A stretch of DNA of 14,769 bases, from positions 1-14,769 of the forward strand of contig JBDRBN010000069.1 in assembly GCA_043822785.1 (NCBI GenBank), in the 5' to 3' direction. Shown in pieces: positions 1 through 7,155 of this stretch. Position numbers and translations under genes: made by a program. The stretch comes from Pseudomonadota bacterium (GTDB lineage Bacteria > UBA10199 > 2-02-FULL-44-16 > JAAZCA01). The stretch's first letter is position 1. The number at the start of each line of letters is the position of its first letter. The notes beneath the pieces were generated by a model, which saw nothing but the letters and a program-made list of their open reading frames with translations, did not search any database and had not been told where the DNA came from.

Positions 1-69
1 TTTCTGGCCAACAAGTTCAGTTTTGCACAGGATGCTTTCGCTTTTGCCATTTGACTTATTTATCTTGAC

Positions 70-105
70 GAGCCCGTTGCCTTAATAGGGCACGGCGGGT
101 TCTTT
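70..105 (+). terminator. Possible hairpin/weak terminator upstream of the prenyl synthase
   Basis: GAGCCCG (70-76) pairs with CGGGTTC (96-102), with inner TGCC/GGCA pairing; followed by only TTT. Confidence 0.25.
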
Positions 106-137
106 AAGGAGCGTAGCTTAAAAGCTATGTTTACTTC

Positions 138-1118
138 ATGCTGACTCATGCCTTTGAGCCCATCCGCAACGATCTCTTTCGTATGGAAGAGGCGATCGCA
201 AACAGATCTATCTGCGGCGTGGACATGGCTGATGCCATTGTACGCCATATGATGAAAAATGCTGGCAAGCGCATTCGGCCTGCTATCTTTTTGCTGGCCG
301 CGCGCGCATCCCAGCCCGCTACCGATGAACTCGATCATAATATAATAGATATAGCTGCAGCAGTAGAGCTCATCCACACAGCCAGCCTTTTGCATGACGA
401 TGTGGTGGACTCATCAAACTTAAGACGCGGAGCTATTACGGCAAATGCTAAGTGGGGAGATGAGGCTTGTGTGCTCGCAGGCGATTTTTTGTGGTGTGTA
501 GCATCAGAGATAATTGTACGAATCAAAAACCACAAATTGACTTCAGCTGTCATAGAGGGCGTGCGCCATATGACCGAGGGTCAAATTATGGAGGTAGCAT
601 GCCGAAACAGCACATGCATCGACGAAAACACTTGCCTTAAGATAATAGAGGCCAAGACAGCATCTTTATTTTCAACAGCTTCGCGCCTAGGCGCCATAGT
701 CTCTGAAAAGAACTCTTCACACGAACAATCGCTTTCAGAATATGGTCGTTGCGTGGGCATAGCATTTCAGCTAGCTGACGATGCATTGGACTATGTTGCA
801 AGCACAGAAGCGTTGGGTAAAAAACCTAAATCCGATCTCATTACAAAAACGCCCACATATCCTTTGATATCAGCATTGAACAACGCAACTGCTGAAGATG
901 CTTGGGTCATAGAGCAAGCTCTAAAATCTGATTCCTTAGATGAGCAAACTTTAAGCGACGTTTGTAACATCGTAAAAAAATGCTCTGGTATCACACTGAC
1001 TCTCACCCTAGCTAAATATTACTCAGCAAAGGCAAAGGAACATCTTTGTGAATTTGAGCCATGTGCTGAGATAGACTCGCTTAAGGCAATTGCAGATTAC
1101 GCCTCAAGTCGCAACTGA
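138..1118 (+). CDS. ispB: Trans-polyprenyl diphosphate synthase (IspB/HepT-like, long-chain)
   Basis: 326 aa with GKRIRP, first Asp-rich motif HTASLLHDDVVD..LRRG, GQ, KTA and second Asp-rich motif FQLADDALD. Small residues (A,S) upstream of the first motif indicate a long-chain product. Confidence 0.9.
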   Translation: MLTHAFEPIRNDLFRMEEAIANRSICGVDMADAIVRHMMKNAGKRIRPAIFLLAARASQPATDELDHNIIDIAAAVELIHTASLLHDDVVDSSNLRRGAITANAKWGDEACVLAGDFLWCVASEIIVRIKNHKLTSAVIEGVRHMTEGQIMEVACRNSTCIDENTCLKIIEAKTASLFSTASRLGAIVSEKNSSHEQSLSEYGRCVGIAFQLADDALDYVASTEALGKKPKSDLITKTPTYPLISALNNATAEDAWVIEQALKSDSLDEQTLSDVCNIVKKCSGITLTLTLAKYYSAKAKEHLCEFEPCAEIDSLKAIADYASSRN

Positions 1119-1226
1119 TCAAATTCGCTACACCGTGTATCGATTCGCATCACTTCTTAATTCCCATATTTAATCCAATCATCAAATCTCCTCAATAATA
1201 TCGCAGCCTTGTTTAGATGACATACT

Positions 1227-1243
1227 TTGGCACAAACCTTGCT
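1227..1243 (+). promoter_or_regulatory. Sigma-54 (-24/-12) promoter
   Basis: TTGGCACAAACCTTGCT: GG 1229-1230 and GC 1241-1242 exactly 10 nt apart, matching TGGCAC-N5-TTGCW; intergenic, about 47 nt before ATG 1290. Confidence 0.8.
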
Positions 1244-1289
1244 AATCCATCATACAACGATCGATCGTACATTTGAGAAAGGAGCTCAC

Positions 1290-1493
1290 ATGAGCAGTAA
1301 CGGACCAAAGGACGTGTTCAACGTAATAGAAGGAAAGGATGGAAAATCCCGCTGGGTGAGGGTCGGATCCGCATTCATAAACCGCGATGGCTCGATCAAC
1401 GCCTTTTTGGATGTGTTTCCGCGGGAGTGGAAGCTGCAAATAAGGGATAGAAAAAAATCAAACCGCAACAACGATAACCAGGGGATAACATGA
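1290..1493 (+). CDS. 67-aa small hypothetical protein, beta-rich, possibly ssDNA-binding
   Basis: ATG 1290 follows the RBS GAAAGGAG. Sequence MSSNGPKDVFNVIEGKDGKSRWVRVGSAFINRDGSINAFLDVFPREWKLQIRDR... The ORF-track TTG start at 1227 lies inside the sigma-54 promoter and is unlikely. Confidence 0.8.
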   Translation: MSSNGPKDVFNVIEGKDGKSRWVRVGSAFINRDGSINAFLDVFPREWKLQIRDRKKSNRNNDNQGIT

Positions 1494-1507
1494 AAGGAGA
1501 TCATATC

Positions 1508-1828
1508 ATGAAGAAGCACAACACATTAAGGAGAACGATAGCAGTGCTCGGGCTCTTGGCAACTCTGGCCTTTGCCAGCGCAGGCATGGCAACAAAGGCT
1601 GCGCCACTTGCTTCGGTAAACATCAACACGGCAAGCGTTGAGCAGCTGATGGAAGTTCCTGGAATAGGTTTATCAAAGGCACAAGCCATTGTGGAGTACC
1701 GCACCAACACTCCGTTTGCTACTACAGCTGATCTGGTCAACGTAAAGGGAATTGGCGATAAGCTCTTAGCTAAGATCACTCCCTACGTTACAGTCGAATC
1801 TGGCACGACGGGTAAGGTCACAAAGTAA
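1508..1828 (+). CDS. comEA: ComEA-family helix-hairpin-helix DNA-binding protein with signal peptide
   Basis: N-terminal signal peptide, VNINTASVEQLMEVPGIG..KAQAIVEYR and VKGIGDK HhH motifs. RBS AAGGAG at 1494-1499 supports ATG 1508; an alternative start at 1490 overlaps the upstream stop (ATGA). Confidence 0.92.
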   Translation: MKKHNTLRRTIAVLGLLATLAFASAGMATKAAPLASVNINTASVEQLMEVPGIGLSKAQAIVEYRTNTPFATTADLVNVKGIGDKLLAKITPYVTVESGTTGKVTK

Positions 1829-1848
1829 GCCTAAACCCGTCAAAACAT

Positions 1849-1888
1849 TTCAGCCTGTTCGCGTTCCCCCTGCGCGGACAGGCTGGAA
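1849..1888. terminator. Intrinsic terminator hairpin between convergent genes
   Basis: CAGCCTGTTCGCG (1851-1863) pairs with CGCGGACAGGCTG (1873-1885); lies between the comEA stop and the serine hydrolase stop. Confidence 0.7.
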
Positions 1889-3052
1889 TTATCTCTTTAT
1901 CAACTCATCGTAGATAAGATCATGTATCATTGGGCGGAAGGCTTTGATCTTTTCGTTGGTAGTGGATGGATGGATGCGGTTTGTGAGCAGTATGATCCAG
2001 AAGTCTTGGCTCAGGTCTGCCCAGATCGAGCAGCCAGTATATGCAAGATGGCCTATGGAGTTTGCAGAAAAGTGATGACCGGATGCTGAGATCTCTTTCG
2101 AAGGCACACTCCATCCAAGCACATATGCGTCTCCTTCGGGCTTGGACTTCATGGTCTTTAAAAATTCTTGAACAGTTGACTTTGGAATCCAATCTGATTT
2201 TCCTTGGTAGCTCCTGGTGAGTTCAAACATAAACCTGTGTATGTCGTCCGCTGTCGAGAACAAGCCTGCATGCCCTGCCACACCGCCTAATGCAAAGGCG
2301 TTTTGGTCATGAACTTGGCCATGCATCACGCGCTCGCGCCATGGGCAGTCTTCAGTAGGCGCAAATCTTCTGTGTTCTCCCTCTTTGCGCGCCACGCGCT
2401 CGCCAGGCAATCCGTGCTTAGGCGCTGGAACGTGCTGGTCAGCTTGTGTTTTAGTACGCCTGCGCGTAGCCAAGCTGGCAGTCTCGGTGACTCGAACGAA
2501 AAACGTATCATCAAGGTTTAGCGGTTTGGCCACCCGCTTAGAGAACTGCTCATCTAGCAGCGCTTCACCTGCGTGCTCGATGATGTCTCCGAGCAAAATG
2601 TAACCGATATCGCTATACATCGTTTTTTTGCCAGGCTCGGCCACTGGCGGCTCGTTCTTGCACTCATCAAGAAGCATCTCTCTGCCAGCCTCTGTTCCTA
2701 CAAGGCTCATGGGAAGAGTTCGGTAGTATGGCTGCCAGGCAGGCAAACCTGATGTATGGTTTAGAAGTTGCCTTATGGTTATGTTGCGATGCGCAGGCTG
2801 TTTTGCACTTGGCAACCATTGATAGACGGTGTCTTCGAGCTTTATGAGTCCTTCTGCATCAAGCATCATGGCGAGGGTAGCAGTTACCATAGGCTTTGTG
2901 AGAGATGCTATATCAAAGCATGTGTTCTTTCTGGCCAAGCCATAGGAAGCTGTGTATAGCACTTCGCCGTTCTTCGCTGCCAGCACTTCAGCAGCAGGAA
3001 ACACGCCGCCAGATATTGCTGCGTCAAATGCCTTGTCTATGGTTTTGCTCAT
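1889..3052 (-). CDS. Beta-lactamase class C-like serine hydrolase (AmiE/YbbE-like)
   Basis: FDIASLTK (SxxK), LLNHTSGL, YSDIGY, VHDQNAFALGGVAGHAGLFST, GHLAYTG and LLTNRIHP; no signal peptide. Confidence 0.88.
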   Translation of the reverse strand: MSKTIDKAFDAAISGGVFPAAEVLAAKNGEVLYTASYGLARKNTCFDIASLTKPMVTATLAMMLDAEGLIKLEDTVYQWLPSAKQPAHRNITIRQLLNHTSGLPAWQPYYRTLPMSLVGTEAGREMLLDECKNEPPVAEPGKKTMYSDIGYILLGDIIEHAGEALLDEQFSKRVAKPLNLDDTFFVRVTETASLATRRRTKTQADQHVPAPKHGLPGERVARKEGEHRRFAPTEDCPWRERVMHGQVHDQNAFALGGVAGHAGLFSTADDIHRFMFELTRSYQGKSDWIPKSTVQEFLKTMKSKPEGDAYVLGWSVPSKEISASGHHFSANSIGHLAYTGCSIWADLSQDFWIILLTNRIHPSTTNEKIKAFRPMIHDLIYDELIKR

Positions 3053-3966
3053 TCCAAAAGCCCTTCAATATAGGTTAGCGTAGGCGCCTCTTCTGCGCTC
3101 GACGCATCGAGCAGGGTCTTAGCGCCTAACGGAAGCGTGACAAACTCATCTGTGTGGCCAGTTGGAAACGACGTTATGATAGGTCCTTTAAAATCTTTTA
3201 GAACATCTCCGATCATCTCATCTGCCTCATGCTCTTCGCCATCTGGTGACTTGAGCGGACCAAAGATTATTCCTTTTGCTTTCTCGATTGCGCCGCTCAT
3301 CTTCAGCTGTGTGAGCATCCTATCCAACACGTACATCTTCTCGCCAGCATCCTCAAGGAAGAGGATGCAATCAGCGCTCTTAAGCTCGTATGGCGTTCCG
3401 ATGCTGGAATTTATGAGCGACATGCAACCGCCCACAAGAGGGCCTGTCGCCTTTCCTGGCTTTAATATCTTAACACCTTTGCAGGCAAGCTGACCTATAG
3501 GACCTTTTGTAGTTAACGCCGCCCATAGAGAAGCAGGCGTTACATCCCCTTTGATGCTACCTAAAAGAGTTATCACAGGGCCATACATGGTGGGCACGCC
3601 TGCGCTCTGTCTAAGATAAGCCAGAAGCGCCGTGATATCTGAAAAACCTATCACCGGTTTTTTGTTAGCTTCTATTACCTTTGCATCCAGCAAAGGGATA
3701 ACCCTTTGGCTTCCATAGCCACCGCGCGCAAACATCACCGCGCTTACCTCCTTGTTTTGCATGAGCTCTGTAAACTCTGCGGCGCGCCGATCTTCGGTTC
3801 CTGCAAAGTAGCGGTTTTGGTCAAATATATCCTTGCGAAAGAGAGTTTTAAAGCCCAAAGCCTCTAGCACACGAATGCCTTTGTTAAACTTGTTTCTGTC
3901 AAAGGGGCTGGCTGGCGCAGCTATGCCTATGACATCTCCTTTTTTCAATGCTCGTGATATGCTCAT
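3049..3966 (-). CDS. ldcA: Muramoyltetrapeptide LD-carboxypeptidase (peptidase S66)
   Basis: IAAPAS, ARGGYG, GFSDIT (Ser), LFLED (Glu) and TGH (His) give the triad. ATG 3966 is preferred over TTG 4002. 4-bp overlap with the downstream hydrolase. Confidence 0.88.
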   Translation of the reverse strand: MSISRALKKGDVIGIAAPASPFDRNKFNKGIRVLEALGFKTLFRKDIFDQNRYFAGTEDRRAAEFTELMQNKEVSAVMFARGGYGSQRVIPLLDAKVIEANKKPVIGFSDITALLAYLRQSAGVPTMYGPVITLLGSIKGDVTPASLWAALTTKGPIGQLACKGVKILKPGKATGPLVGGCMSLINSSIGTPYELKSADCILFLEDAGEKMYVLDRMLTQLKMSGAIEKAKGIIFGPLKSPDGEEHEADEMIGDVLKDFKGPIITSFPTGHTDEFVTLPLGAKTLLDASSAEEAPTLTYIEGLLE

Positions 3967-4013
3967 GCACCAGACCCTATGGGGTTTTAAAAAGAATGCC
4001 AAGGGGATAGTTT

Positions 4014-4085
4014 CCAGTGACCCGTAACCAGTAACTAGCGATCAGCAACTGGTCACTGGTTACTGATCACTGGTCACTAAATTAT
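4014..4085. repeat. Heptamer tandem fold-back array
   Basis: CCAGTGA CCCGTAA CCAGTAA CTAGCGA TCAGCAA followed by reverse-complement-type units CTGGTCA CTGGTTA CTGATCA CTGGTCA. Confidence 0.85.
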
Positions 4086-4113
4086 TGACTCCCCTCGCTC
4101 ATACCTCTAATTT
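4085..4113 (+). promoter_or_regulatory. Sigma-70-type promoter for the nitroreductase operon
   Basis: TTGACT (4085-4090), 17-nt spacer, TAATTT (4108-4113); GGGGGA RBS before ATG 4139. Confidence 0.55.
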
Positions 4114-4138
4114 CGCATAATAACGCAGGGGGAAACTT

Positions 4139-4660
4139 ATGGAACTATTCGATGCCATCGAGCACCGCCGCTCAGTCAGGCAGTTTGAAAACAAAAAGGC
4201 AATCGATGATGCTGTGCTTCAAAAAATACTTCATGCAGCAATGATGGCCCCATCGTCAGGCAATACCCAATGTTGGCGCTTCATCGTGGTACGTGACCCA
4301 AATATCAAGAAACGGCTTGCTTTAGAAGCTGGGCACCAGGGCTTCATCGATCAGGCGCCAGTAGCCATAGTAGTATGTGCAGATCTGGAAAGGGCTGCCA
4401 GCACATATGGAGAACGGGGCTTTGGCACCTATTCGCTTCAGGACGCAGCTGCTGCAACCGAAAACATGCTGCTAGCAGCGCATGCCTTGGGGCTTGGGGC
4501 TTGTTGGGTAGGCGCCTTTGATGAGAAAATGGCCTCCAATATCCTTGAGTTGCCCAAAGGGCTTCGTCCCCTGGCCATCATACCCATTGGTTTTTCTGCA
4601 GAGCCGACAAAGCGAGTTCCTCCGCGCAGAAAATTAGATGAGGTAGTAGATTTCAGATGA
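4139..4660 (+). CDS. Nitroreductase family protein
   Basis: RRSVRQF, APSSGNTQCWRFIVV, ENMLLAAHALGLGACWVGAF and IPIG motifs of FMN nitroreductases. Confidence 0.92.
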   Translation: MELFDAIEHRRSVRQFENKKAIDDAVLQKILHAAMMAPSSGNTQCWRFIVVRDPNIKKRLALEAGHQGFIDQAPVAIVVCADLERAASTYGERGFGTYSLQDAAAATENMLLAAHALGLGACWVGAFDEKMASNILELPKGLRPLAIIPIGFSAEPTKRVPPRRKLDEVVDFR

Positions 4661-5481
4661 GAAACCTTGCTGAGATCATTGCCTTTTACAGGCAAGCCAT
4701 CCTTCCGCCAGGTGCTAAGCTTGTGTCCTTACCGCTTGCGTTTCTTTCAATAGCAATAGTTGCGCTGTTCGAGTTTCCCGCTCACTTCATAACCCAAGCC
4801 GGCTATGTTGATCTTGGCATCCTCACAAACGAGATAATAGCTGTAGCAGGTGTGCCGCTCATTCTCATACTATGGCTCAAGCTGAGCCGTGAAAAGCTTC
4901 TTCCCTTTATCAGCCTGCGAGTTTCCATTGTGGCCCTGCTCGTGGTTTTCATGTTTGGGGCAGATATCATCATCGATTATCTGACCGCAGCGAGCGAGAT
5001 CGTGCTCCCCCTGCCCCAAGATATCAAAGATATGTTCGAAAAAGTCATGGCTGCGCCAAGCGCCGATGTAGTTATGTGCAAGTTCTTTGTGCTCTGCGTT
5101 GTTCCAGCAGTGTGCGAGGAGATATTCTTTAGGGGATTTTTTCAAACTTCGCTCACTGCTCGCCTGGGCGTAGGCAAAGCTGTGCTGATAACCTCAGTCG
5201 TGTTCGCAATCATGCACGGCAACTTTTACTACGTTCATCTATATATTATGTTGGGTTTGATCTTCGGATGGGTTTATGCGGTAACGGGTTCGCTTTGGGC
5301 CCCTATCATCTGCCACGTGTTCAACAACTCTTGGACGTTCTTCAATCATGTTCGGGGATTTAAACTGCCGCTTCCTGATGTGCCAGTCTATGTAAATGCA
5401 TTAATCGTATCAGGCGGCGCCCTCCTCCTCATAGCCACCCTGCTTGCCATACGCTCTCTTTCTCGAAACAAAATACAATAG
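4657..5481 (+). CDS. CPBP (CAAX protease/Abi) intramembrane glutamic endopeptidase
   Basis: Multiple TM segments; EEIFFRG, FAIMH and HVFNN motifs; ATGA overlap with the nitroreductase. Confidence 0.9.
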   Translation: MRNLAEIIAFYRQAILPPGAKLVSLPLAFLSIAIVALFEFPAHFITQAGYVDLGILTNEIIAVAGVPLILILWLKLSREKLLPFISLRVSIVALLVVFMFGADIIIDYLTAASEIVLPLPQDIKDMFEKVMAAPSADVVMCKFFVLCVVPAVCEEIFFRGFFQTSLTARLGVGKAVLITSVVFAIMHGNFYYVHLYIMLGLIFGWVYAVTGSLWAPIICHVFNNSWTFFNHVRGFKLPLPDVPVYVNALIVSGGALLLIATLLAIRSLSRNKIQ

Positions 5482-5496
5482 TTAACACCGGCATTG

Positions 5497-5812
5497 ATTA
5501 GCTGAAAACGTTGGTTTCGCTTCTAGTATTTCTGTGCAGGATCGGGTGGGTCGATTTGCTAGACGCTGCGCTCGCACGATTTTGTTTCGGTCTCAGTTTG
5601 CCGTCGCCGACGGAACTCGCCCCGACTGCGCCTTCATGTCTTCTACAGTGTTTGGCTCCGTCGGGGCTCAAACATCCGTCGACGTCGTGCAATAAGGGCT
5701 TCTAGCAAGGCACGACCGGCAAACATTCGCCGAACAAAATCGGCTCTCTCCGCGATATCGCAAATCGACCCACCCGATCCTGCATAAACGTAGATACGAA
5801 CTGTTCGCTAAT
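5497..5812. repeat. Long rod-like palindromic element 1 (structured RNA or MITE-like)
   Basis: Perfect 25-bp inverted repeat 5535-5559/5760-5784; nested arms 5577-5590/5730-5742 and 5596-5603/5717-5724; ends ATTAGC (5497-5502) and GCTAAT (5807-5812). Confidence 0.8.
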
Positions 5813-5823
5813 ACACTTCAGTT

Positions 5824-6078
5824 GATTAGCTTGAGGTGGAAATTTTCGGTTCATCGCCGAGAGGCGGCGGGGTCCCCATCGCGGCGAGCTGGATGTGGAG
5901 ACGCCAGCAAAACTGCGTAAGTCACAACAAAGACTTAGGCCGAGCAAACCATTTGGGCGAAGGCCTAAGTCTTTGTTGATGACACGCAGTTTGAGTGGGG
6001 AGGGTCCGCAGCCAGCGAGACCGCGAAAAGGGAGAGGCCTACGGTGCTAGAACCGAAAATCCCTACCCCAAGCTAATC
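5824..6078. repeat. Long rod-like palindromic element 2 (structured RNA or MITE-like)
   Basis: GATTAGCTTG 5824-5833 / CAAGCTAATC 6069-6078; arms 5842-5852/6050-6060 and 5910-5918/5984-5992; perfect 17-bp arm 5925-5941/5962-5978. Confidence 0.8.
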
Positions 6079-6146
6079 TACCAAGGCGCTAGCGTGGGAA
6101 TCAATCCTCCCCGCAGAATATTTGTACATGCCCATGAAGGTAGCAG

Positions 6147-6929
6147 TTAAGTGCAGGGCTTCTTTGATCTCAAGTACAGCCACGTGATGCCTGCCACTAC
6201 CATTATAGCTGCGCTTCCTGCGAGCAGAACATCCTGTGAGCCAGGAGGGCTGGTAAGGGGTATGCGCACGCCTCTTATTTGATTTACCAATACCCAGCAG
6301 TTGCTGATGGCATGGCACAAGATGGGCACGCGCAACGTGCCTGTGATCGAATACAACCATGAGAGCATTAGTCCCAGAATAAGTAGAAGGTGGGGATGAA
6401 ATGAAGTACTGTGTATTAGCGAAAAGAGTATGGCCGTAACTATTATGGCTCGCCCAGATCCTATTCTCTTCTCAAGCGAGCCCTGCAAGATTCCCCTGAA
6501 GAATATTTCTTCACATACTGGAGCGAGCAGACCCAAAAGAGCCAGCTTCAAAAAAAAGTCGTGCCATGAGTATATGGCAATAGCTTGGGTATGCCGCTCG
6601 ATAAATACCTTGGGTATGGGAACCAGCTCGTTGCTCGCTGCCTTCAGATAAGTAAGAAACACCGCCAGCCCCAGAATCACGCATACAGCTACAATCATCT
6701 GTTTTCTGTCTGGCCTTTGCATTTTTAAAAGAGGAAACGGAGTAAATCCAGCCAGGATGATGATTGCTATGGGCAAGGTCAGCATGACGATGGTCTCATT
6801 TACGAGGATGCCAAGTACAGGCGATATGCTTACGATCAGATATCCAGAGAAAAACTGCAGAAGAGCTACGAGCACAAATATCACTAGCACGAGTTTAAGT
6901 GGCGGAACCTTGCGGGATGAAAAATTCAT
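6147..6929 (-). CDS. CPBP (CAAX protease/Abi) intramembrane glutamic endopeptidase, paralogue
   Basis: Multiple TM segments; VCEEIFFRG, FSLIH and HAISN motifs. Confidence 0.9.
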   Translation of the reverse strand: MNFSSRKVPPLKLVLVIFVLVALLQFFSGYLIVSISPVLGILVNETIVMLTLPIAIIILAGFTPFPLLKMQRPDRKQMIVAVCVILGLAVFLTYLKAASNELVPIPKVFIERHTQAIAIYSWHDFFLKLALLGLLAPVCEEIFFRGILQGSLEKRIGSGRAIIVTAILFSLIHSTSFHPHLLLILGLMLSWLYSITGTLRVPILCHAISNCWVLVNQIRGVRIPLTSPPGSQDVLLAGSAAIMVVAGITWLYLRSKKPCT

Positions 6930-6960
6930 GCAACGATTATATCACAGGAGAAGTCATTAA

Positions 6961-7038
6961 AAAGGTCAAAGGTCAAAGGTCAAATGATAGCTATAATGGT
7001 GTGCTTTGAGCTTTCACCTTTCAGCTTTGAGCTTCTAG
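6961..7038. repeat. Heptamer tandem fold-back array
   Basis: GGTCAAA x3 (6964-6984), then CTTTGAG CTTTCAC CTTTCAG CTTTGAG CTTCTAG (7004-7038), which are approximate reverse complements. Confidence 0.8.
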
Positions 7039-7139
7039 CAAAAGCTCCTCTCAGCTTGTTTTGCTATTGATAAACCCTTCAAAAGCTGATTGGATCGGCA
7101 ATTACCGTTATTAAAATTAGCAAATGGCGTTGTAATCGA

Positions 7140-7155
7140 TGTTTCACGTGCTACA
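7140..7155. promoter_or_regulatory. parS-like site
   Basis: TGTTTCACGTGCTACA; the minus strand TGTAGCACGTGAAACA has one mismatch to the consensus TGTTNCACGTGAAACA. Confidence 0.5.

Noticed and set aside
1..50. Possible 5' end of a minus-strand gene (MAKAKASCAKLNLLAR...)
   Set aside because: Only 16 codons visible, no clear RBS and no recognisable motif.
1227..1289. N-terminal extension of the small ORF from TTG 1227
   Set aside because: Overlaps the sigma-54 promoter; the strong RBS precedes ATG 1290.
1801..1816. TGGCACG resembling a sigma-54 -24 box
   Set aside because: No TTGC at the -12 position, and it lies inside comEA.
1889..3052. Antibiotic-resistance AmpC beta-lactamase
   Set aside because: No signal peptide, no KTG motif, and operon context with ldcA.
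4014..4085. CRISPR array
   Set aside because: 7-bp contiguous units with no unique spacers and no cas genes.
5498..5947. Short ORFs 5498-5692, 5511-5705 and 5702-5947
   Set aside because: No RBS or recognisable motifs; likely by-products of GC-rich palindromic DNA.
5497..6078. RNase P RNA, tmRNA, SRP, 6S RNA or hammerhead ribozyme
   Set aside because: No GAGGAAAGTCC, tRNA-like ends or CTGATGA/GAAA core seen; length and context do not fit 6S. An Rfam scan is still needed.
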